DNA of 64,000 nt, from the NCBI GenBank assembly GCA_043228905.1, contig JBHGNT010000020.1, forward strand, positions 310,001 through 374,000. The letters are read 5' to 3'. Source of the stretch: Azolla caroliniana (lineage: Eukaryota > Plantae > Polypodiophyta). The translations under genes were made by a program, and so were the position numbers. The notes beneath the pieces are model-generated. The model did not search any database. It saw only the letters and a list, made by a program, of their open reading frames with translations, and was not told the origin of the DNA. Shown one piece after another: positions 41,386 through 50,300 of the stretch. The stretch's first letter is position 1. Every line of letters begins with the position of its first letter.

Positions 41386-41936
41386 TCTAATCCGATGCAG
41401 TGCATCGGATTAGAAAGTACTTCCTCCCTAACTCGATGAACTGCGTCGGGGTAGATAGGAAATTAAGACAACACATACATAAGAATAAGAGGTTATCGTC
41501 CCTAATCCGATGCATTGCATCAGATTAGGGAGGAGATGATCAGGAAACCTCTGAAATCCGATGCACTGCATCGGATTTCAGAGGATTTTCTCCCTAATCC
41601 GATGCAATGCATTGGATTTCAGAGGATGTCGTATCATATCCTCCCTAATCCAATGTAATGCATCGGGGTAGGGAGGAGATGATGAGAAAACCTCTGATTT
41701 CAGAGGATTGCCTCCCGGAGCAGTGCATCGGATTTCAGAGGATGTCGTATCATATCCTCCCTAATCCAATGTAATGCATCGGGGTAGGGAGGAGATGATC
41801 AGAAAACCTCTGAAATCCGATGCAGTGCAACGGATTTCAGAGGATGTCCTCTCTAATCCGATGCAGTGCATCGGATTAGGGAGGAGAGGATAGGAAATCC
41901 TCTGAAATCCGATGCACTGCAGCGGATTTCAGAGGA
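41386..41936. repeat. Array of about 10 palindromes, core (AATC)CGATGCA-N-TGCATCG(GATT)
   Basis: Examples: TCTAATCCGATGCA-G-TGCATCGGATTAGA (41386-41414) and CCTCTGAAATCCGATGCA-C-TGCATCGGATTTCAGAGG (41548-41584, perfect 18-bp arms). Further copies near 41426, 41499, 41591, 41643, 41720 (half), 41759, 41807, 41850 and 41898. Confidence 0.92.
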
Positions 41937-41939
41937 CGT

Positions 41940-42345
41940 GCTAGCTTTATTTTAGCTTTATTTAGATGTATTTTATGTATATTTAGGTGTATTTCGTCAT
42001 ATTTACGTGTCTGTTACATGTACTTAGGTGTATTTATATGTATTTAGTATTGTTTAGGTGTGTTTAGGTCTACTTACGTGTATTTAGGTGTGTTTTATGT
42101 TTATTTTACGTGTACTTAGGTGTATTGGAGAGTATTTGGTTGTGTTTAGTATGTGTATAGGTGTACTTACGTGTACTTAGGTGTATTGGAGAGTATTCGG
42201 TTGTGTTTAGTGTATTTAGGTGTGTTTGACATGTAGTTAAGGGTATTTAGGTGTACTTACGTGTATTTAGGTGCGTTTTATGTGTATTTTACGTGTACTA
42301 CGGTGTATTAAAGAGAATTTAGTTGTGTTTTGGTGTATTCACGTA
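41940..42345. repeat. Strand-skewed G/T-rich degenerate repeat (TTAGGTGT / TTACGTGT units)
   Basis: Many ATTTAGGTGT and ACTTACGTGT motifs, with very few C on the + strand. Confidence 0.8.
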
Positions 42346-45300
42346 TATTTTACATTTATTTCACGCAAATATTTTGTTTTTTCCCCCCAATGAGCCCCAT
42401 CCGAAGGTGCCCTTTTTCAAGTTGAAGTTCTGGTCTCCGACAAAACATGACTCAGAGAGTTTTTTAAAAGAAAAGTCTCAACGATCATTATTCGAGTCCG
42501 GAGGTGATGGAACCTCGAAATCATCCGTAGGGAATACGAAAAATAAACAAATTATGCTCCTAGAAGATAAGTTCACGGAGCATAAGCTAAAAAATTATTC
42601 ACACGTAGAATGGAGTCTCGCTTACATCGAAGAAGATGGGGTATTGCTCCTCATATTTGCCACGTCGGAAGGAAAAGGAAAGCTTGAATTAGGGAAGACC
42701 TTCCCCTATGGTAAAGTTCATAATTTAGAATATGAAGACAGTGATTCGTCCATTATCTTCCTCAAAGTTGAGAACTCAGGTGGTATAAGGCGAGTGCAAG
42801 TTGATGAAGGAAACCTAGTACCTGATGTATGCCACCCAAAATCTTTGCGAAAAGATATGCAAACAAAGAATAATCTTATTGTAGCTCTTCGGCCTTATGT
42901 TACCGGAGAGATGATGAGCACAGAAACAGAAACTCCACCTAAAAAGTCTCGGAAAACAAAACCGGAACATAAAAAATATCAAAAACGACAAATATCTAAT
43001 GACGAGGACCTCGACGTCTTGGAGTTCGAGGAAGAAGAAGACGATGAAAAACAACTTGAAATTGTCCCTCTAGGAGGGCAAATATCTTTCGGTGTATTGA
43101 CTTCTGAGCAAAACCAGATTAGAGAAAATATAGCTAGGACCAAACTAGTGCGAAAAGGTCAACTCTTCCATCTACCAATTTCTTCAATTCAAAGGCCGCC
43201 CCTCGACCAATTTCTTCAATTCAAGAAGAAGACGCACGCCCGAGATTAGAGAGCCACATGCAGTGCATGTACAAAATTTGAAAATCAAAATGAAGATAAA
43301 TCCACATGCAACCGTCGTACCTTTTTTGGTTATGGTAGACCCTGAACAATGTCCGATAGTTGCTGATTTTAAATATAGCTCTTCAGATGATTATACTTAT
43401 TATGTTATCGGAGGATCTCATTCAGCTGAAGCCCGACGTCAACTCGTCAAGGAATATCCGCTCACTCCATTTTTTAAGTACGCAGAATGTAAAGTATATG
43501 CAGGTCTTACTCATGAAGAGGCCAAATTGTTAGCTTGGGACCACAACAATGATAATGATTATAGATAAAAGATGTCTTGTATCGAACGCATCGGATTCTT
43601 TCACCATGAGTATTTGGATGCGTTGCAAAGATTTGGACCCAAGTTGAACCTTGGCTTACGACGTCAATGTTTACTAGAAGTGGGTATTGCAGTTGACGAG
43701 AGTACGAAATCTGAAGGGCTACGGAAATATGACTCGTGGTTTCAGCTTGCCTTTAGAACAGGTGAGGTATGGGATCTCCAGGATAGAATATTTGGCATGT
43801 GGGAGTGCAAGGAGGTCAAAGGTCAACGGGCAAAGAAGGCCAAGGTAGATCCACAAGTGGAGATGAAGACAAAGTCACGTAAAAGTGACTTATTTATTGA
43901 GGAGTTGGCCGAAGATATGAAGTTGCTACCTTGGAGGTCACTACAAGGAATTAAAGACGATAGATTGTTAATATCTGTGTTGTCTCGAGTTGCAGCCAAG
44001 GAGTTTAGCTTGGACGAGATGGTGACTGAGTTACAAAAGTATGTAAAATTGAAATGTTTTTCTTTATTCTTGTGCATTTCCTTTGATAACTGATTTCACA
44101 TTTCATATTTTATTTTTAGTCATAAAGTATACATGAAGATACAAGAATTGATGATAAAAAAATTGTGCCTACCAACCTGGGAAGAAGTCGAACAAGCTTG
44201 CCCAATAACATCATCATATAAGGCATTAGAAGAGTTCTTCATTGTATTTAGAGAATGGGTATGTGTATTTTCAAATTGAAAAGATTCAATTATCATTTAT
44301 CAGATATATTCCTTACAGGAAATGAATTTTGCGGAAACCACCTTGATCAAAGAAAGTTGGTGATAGTAATGACGGTATTCCAAGTTCGTTCATTACGCAC
44401 TTGGAACGTGCTAAATACGAAAAAAGAATGACAAAGGGAAAGGAGTTGGAAGTGCCGGAGGACTTCACAACGGTAAAAAGTTTTTTGCATAGAGCTGACC
44501 CTTTCAAACAATTACATTATAGTGTATTCCAGGGGGATGTGGTGAATATGCTCGACATATTACCAAAAAGGCACTATACATTACTTATTGCTGATATACC
44601 GTACGGATTCCGGATCACGGGTTCCATGTTCGATGATGTGCCTTTCAAGTACCCCCAGATTGAGAAGATGGTAAAGGACTTCGCAAAGTTGACCTTAGCA
44701 CCATTGTGGAGGATAGTCATATTTCATAGCATGGGTCAATCATTGTCAGTCACAACTACTTTAAAGTCACGATGTCATGCAACAAAGCATATGCATTGGT
44801 GAGTTATAAGTTGTTTTTTGATAATATTCTCTTAGATATGTGGTTTATATATGTTCCATTCAAATTTTAACTCATTTGTTTTGGGTTCAATAGGATTAAA
44901 ACAAATATTACACGTAGTCCGGGCGATCGTATGGTCAATGCAGTTGAGCATCTTAGTGTGGGTTATTATGATGTAATAACGAAGAAGAAGGCTCGGGCAC
45001 ACGTTAACGAAAGAAACATTGTAAATTATATAATGTGCCCAGCTGTGACAAAGAAGCTTCGACATGTATCAGGTGAAAAGAGCCTTGTGAACCCTTATCA
45101 AAAACCTCAAAGATTGATCAACCGCCTAATCGAGCTCTTCTCAAACCTAGATGATTGGGTTCTGGATTTGTTCTCTGGCATAGGTATATGTAATATAAGT
45201 TTAGTCTCGTTAATTTGATTAAGTTATAGACTTTCATTATTATTTTGACTTCTACACTTCTATTTTACGATCAAGTACTACTACAGCTTGTGCATTAAAA

Positions 45301-45627
45301 ATGTTCAGAAACTGTGTCGCGTTGGAGAAGGACCCTGAACAAGTTAACTACATCAAAATGAGGATCTAAGGAATCTGGGATTGTCCGGATCAAGATCAAG
45401 AAGTCGGAGCGAAGCACATCAATGAAACAAAGAGGTTTCAGATGACTTCGAGAGAGCCAATGAAACCTATAGATGAAGACGCAGGGGACCTTGTGGACCT
45501 AGAAGATGTAATAGAATTTGAACATATGCATGGTTCAGCGGAACAAACAATCAATGCTACAGAGGACAATTTAGAAGAGTCCATTCATCCAGAAGAGCCC
45601 ACATTGCCTGACTTGCTTATAGATTGA
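42323..45627 (+). pseudogene. Spliced cargo gene: unknown N-terminal domain + ParB/Srx-like domain + beta-class N6-adenine/N4-cytosine DNA methyltransferase + acidic tail; decayed
   Basis: ParB-like HVQNLKIKM...VPFLVMVD...YYVIGGSHSAEARRQL (43263-43568). MTase motifs: VFQGDVVNML...TLLIADIPYG (motif IV), HW|IKTN...EHLSV, NPYQKPQRLINRLIELFSNLDDWVLDLFSGIG|TTTACALKMFRNCVALEKD (motifs X, I, II). Introns 44039-44119, 44259-44318, 44799-44893 and 45184-~45274 (last acceptor apparently mutated). Confidence 0.85.
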
Positions 45628-47398
45628 TTTCTATGGTTAGGTGTATTATTTGAACGATATTAAATGTTAGACATTGACTTGTGACTATTGTTTTCATTTG
45701 AACACAATTAAAACTTAAAGTTTGAGTTTATTTAGCCTTATGCATTTCCTAAAGTCTTATTGATTTATATGGCAAAGTGTATAATTTGAATGGTATTAAT
45801 GTTTTACATGTTCTTCAACCTTTCTTTGGAAAGTCTGCAAGGGTTTTTATAGATGATTTTGGCCATTAATAGTGCAAGGATGGGTCATTTAGAAACGTTG
45901 TGTGCGGATAATTTTTAGTATTTGATTTATGTATAATTTGACTAAGTCTATAATTTTAAGGGTATTAAATGTTTATCTTTGACTTCTACCTTCTAGAGTT
46001 ATAACACTATTAAGTTTTAAAGTTTGACGTATTATATGTGATTATATTATAAAATTAGCATCTATGTCATTCTTGGCATGGGCAACTATTTTTATCTTCG
46101 CCACAATTACGGTTCAAATGATTAAAGTTGCATATAATTCCATTCCATTAATTTAGAATTTCACCAAAAACATGACATATGAAATATAAGGCTATTGATT
46201 TTCTTGACATAAAATTATTTAGTTGAAATTTTTGCTATGTTTTAAGGAACCATGTATGCATGTGTGGTACCTTTTTGAAATTCTGCTAAAATAAGGCATA
46301 TTCTAACATCTCCTCAAGATGTGAAAAAGAGAATGCGACATATTACCTATTTCAAATGTCCCGGTGTTTAAAGCAACGAAGTTGTGGAATGTATATAAGT
46401 CAGATGCAAGGTGGTGGAAAATATTACAACGTGGTTGGCATTCCCATCTACCATTTTGTGCAAAGGTATTCATATGGAGAGTCATGATTGGTGGGCTCCC
46501 ATTAGGTTCGACCTTAAAGAGACGAGGACTAGGGTCTGACACTTGTTTCTTTTGCACCGTTCTAGTGGAGGATAGTACACATAGGTTCATTAAATGTCCT
46601 ATAGTGTGTACCATTTCGAAGTACTTATCGGACATTTGGCAAGTTTTAAACCGTTGTTGTTTGAGACCTCAACAATGGGTTTTTTCTCAATATGTTCAAA
46701 ATGGATCAAATGATGAGATGGAGATATTGTTCCATTTTTACGTTATTGGGGTCTACAACACAATTGAAATATGCATACTGCTTTCATGTTTGATAATAGA
46801 CATGGGGTGAAAGTCTATATAAAGAAGCTTAAAGGTATTCTCATGTGGAATTTTTGGATGTTAGAGCATGTGGGGATCATTTCCTCAAATGCATATTTAG
46901 GTTTTTTAGTAGCATTACATAATGTCCCTCTCCCTACATAGGCATATGATAGGTAGAGGAGACTAAGAAGTGTTGTAACTAAGTGGATTTTACATACATT
47001 TAATATAATTGTGTGTGTTTACCAAAGAGAGAGAGAGAGAGAGAGAGAGAGAATTTGCCCATCATATTTTGGGTACTTTTACTTAATTTCACTCGAATGC
47101 CCTTTTCCCATGTTTGACTCATATCCTAAACCCTAAACCCTAATGACGAGACTCTCTCGGTGTGTCTCCGCCTTTTGTCTCTAATGCATCGATTACTTAC
47201 CACACGAGAGATGAGGCAAGACACTTCTTCCAATTAATGTGAGGGCTTTTGTAGAACCCATGATCGAATCATATGCCCAGATGCTCGTGCTGCACTCCCA
47301 ATCACACCATGGAAGGTGGCAGAGAAAACCCCACAATCTCGCACCATTCATTCGTTGCACACCCTGGTCACATCACCAACGAAGGGAACGGAAGACTG

Positions 47399-50300
47399 TG
47401 TCGGGAACTACTCGTTCCTTATGCGCAACGCTCGGCCACAATCGAGCTTAGAATCATACACAGAAAACGGAAAATAAATGCACGACACAATGAAGAGAAG
47501 AGTACACAAGATGTTTACGTGGAAAACCCAAACTAAGGGAAAAACCACGGCAGCCCACAGGCTGCAAACTATCACTATGTTAGAATGTACAACAGTGAGT
47601 TCACGGAGGCAACGACCTCGTGCTCACGATCTTCGCCACAGGCGGCGGTTACAACAGAGGCAACGACCTCTTCCTCTCTCTCTCACTCTCTGTACACTGT
47701 TACACACACTCTCTTCTTACACCAACAAGAAAATGACAACAACTACTAAAAGTTTGCCCTAAGTCATATTTATACTAATATGACTTTTCGGCTATTTAGA
47801 AATATAGCCATGATGGACTCTCAGAAACATATTTACGAATATGTCTCTTCATCCGGTGAGCACTTCTCACCGGGTTTGTACCATCCGGTTCTCCGTAGCT
47901 GGGTACTCTTCATCCGGTTCTCACCGAGTCTGCACCATCCGGCTCTCCGTAGCCGGGTACTCCTCATCCGGTTCTCACTGGGTCTGCACCATCCGGCTCT
48001 CCATAGCCGAGTACTCCTCATCCGGTTCTCACCGGGTATGCACCATCTGGCTCTCCGTAGCCGAGTACTCGTCATCCGGTTTCGGCCGAGGCCTATCGGC
48101 ACTGTTCTTCTCCCTTCCCATCCGGAGGAACCTGTCTCCCAACAAACTCCCCCTTCACTACGGCATGGGGTGTCTTACCAGTCTGATCCTCTTTAGGCAT
48201 GCATCCAACTTGTCGGGTATCAGCACTTTGGTCAGCATATCTGACCCGTTCTCGGCCGTGTGGATCTTCGTCAGTGCGAACTCCTGGTCATCTATTCTTT
48301 CCCGGATTCAGTGATATCTTTGCTGGATATGCTTCGTCCGGGAATGGTAGGCCGCATTCTTAGCAAGATGGATGGCACTTTGACTATCGCAATAGAGCCG
48401 GTATTCATCTTGCCGGATATCGAGCTCTCCGATGAAGTCCTTCATCCATAATATTTCCTTGCCGGCTTCCACAGCCGCCATGTACTCCGCCTCCGTGGTT
48501 GACAATGCAACCGTCTTCTGCAGCCTCGACTGCCACGAAACAACTCCCCCTACATATGTCATTACATACCCGGATGTAGACCGGCTGGTATCCACGTCAG
48601 CCGACATGTCCGAATCGGTGAAACCGTCAAGTTGAGGTTTTCCGGAGCCGAATCGGAGACACATATTTGAAGTACCCTTCAAATAATGGAGTATCCATTT
48701 GACCGCATTCCAGTGCTCCTTCCCGAGATTGCTCATAAACCAGCTCACCACTCCGACTGCGTATCCTATATCCGGTCGGGTACACACCATTGTGTACATC
48801 AAGCTCCCGACGGCAGAGGCATATGGAATCTTCATCATATCCGCCTTCTCTGCTTTCGTCTTCGGGCTTTGCTTACCGAATAACCTGTAGTTTGCCGGAA
48901 GTGTCGATCCGACCGGTTTCGCATCTGACATGTTGAACCGGTGAAGCACCTTTGTCACATACTTCTCCTGTGACAGCCATAATTGCTTCATTGACCGGTT
49001 CCGGATAATATGCATCCCCAACATTTGTCTTGCCGGACCCAAGTCTTTTCATTGAGAAGGTCCGGTTGAGAGCCTTCTTCAGCATCCGTATTTTGACTTG
49101 GTCTCGTCCGACGATCAACATGTCATCCATGTACAGAAGGAGTATCAGGAAGTCGCCTCCTTTATACTTCTTCACAAACACGCAGTGATCGGCCTGCGTC
49201 TTGTGGTACCCTTGATTGGTCATGAAGGAGTCGAACTTTCGGTACCATTGCCAAGGGGCCTGCTTCAACCCGTAGAGGCTCTTCTTCAACCGGCAAACCA
49301 GGTGCTCCTTCCCTTTCTCCACGAATCCTTCCGGTTGCTGCATGTAGATCTCCTCTTCGAGGTCGTCGTGAAGGAATGTCGTCTTCACGTCTAGCTGCTC
49401 TACCTCGAGGTCCATGCTTGCCGCTATACTCAACACCGTCCGGATGGAGGTCATCTTTACTACCGGGGCAAATATCTCGTCGAAGTCCACGCCCTTCTTC
49501 TGCTGGAACCCCTTCACCACGATCCTGGCTTTGTATCTCGGGGGGTTGTCGGGATCTCCCGGTTTCAACTTGTACACCCACTTGTTTCGGAGTGCCCGCT
49601 TTCCTTTCGGCAACTCCACCAATTCGTACGTATGGTTCTCATGCACGGAATCCATCTCATCCTGCATGACACTTAACCATTTGCGGTTGTGGATGTCATC
49701 CTTCGCTTCTTCGAAGCTTTCTAGCTCCCCTCATCGGTTAGCAGCACATGCTCTGCATCCAGAAATCTCTAGGGGGGCCTTCTCTCTCTTAGAGGATATC
49801 TCCGTCTCTGGGCTTCGGTAACCGGCTCCTCTATTTGCTCTTCATCCGAATCTAATTCGGGGTCTTGGCCGGTTCTGGTTTCAGCTTCCTCTACTTCTTC
49901 TTCTGCCGGTTCGATATCCTCACCGTAACCGGCTGGCTCCTCGAGTGCTAACCGGTCTCTTGCCGGTTCGGTCTGTTCATTGTAGAGTCTATCCTTACCG
50001 GTCGACTCGGAGTTCATTATCTTCTTCTCCGACTCCCAGTCGGCCAGCGTCTTGTCCTCCATGAAGATAATATCTCGGCTTCGGAATACCTTCTTGTCGA
50101 CCAGGTCCCACACTCGGTAGCCAAACTCATCGTCACCGTAACCGAGGAATATGCATGGCCGGGTCTTTGGATCTAACTTTCCTCTCCGGTCCTTAGCAAC
50201 ATGCACGTACGCGAGACACCCGAACACCTTCAGATGTCGGTAGGATACTTCCTTACCGGTCCATACTCTCTGTGGCGTGTCTTTGTCCAAGGGTACTGAG

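Larger units (their letters stand above)
37816..46368. mobile_element. 8553-bp TIR DNA transposon (Sola1-like) carrying a transposase and a ParB-methyltransferase cargo gene
   Basis: 37-bp TIRs (37816-37852 AACACCGGGACATTTGAAACAGGTAATATGTTGCATT; 46332-46368, 2 mismatches) and 4-bp TSD TAAA (37812-37815, 46369-46372). Removing the element restores the LINE ORF2 frame ...SLSWLSPK|ATKLWNVY... Confidence 0.93.
32907..47025 (+). mobile_element. Apparently full-length L1/Tx1-like LINE, decayed, flanked by (GA)n on both sides and split by a DNA transposon at 37816-46368
   Basis: ORF1 fragments 32991-34551 with CFKCGKLGHCMVEC knuckle. ORF2 from 34548: endonuclease (VSWNVRG, GIYAPN, GDFN, SRLDR, SDHFPI), RT (LDLEKAYD, RQGCPL, LVDD, YRHLGYP), zf-RVT (CFFC...EDSTHRFIKC) at 46373-46810. 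(GA)n at 32876-32906 and 47026-47052. Confidence 0.92.

Noticed and set aside
41386-41936. CRISPR array interpretation of the palindrome cluster
   Set aside because: Spacers are irregular in length and are themselves repeated, there are no cas genes, and the context is a eukaryotic transposon.
42323-45627. Bacterial contamination or a restriction-modification operon
   Set aside because: The gene has spliceosomal introns and lies inside a TIR/TSD-bounded element nested in a plant LINE. No restriction endonuclease is recognisable.
47780-48314. Repetitive ORFs inside the Copia LTRs (also 52613-52987)
   Set aside because: Produced by the 54-bp (3n) tandem repeat; no evidence of coding function.
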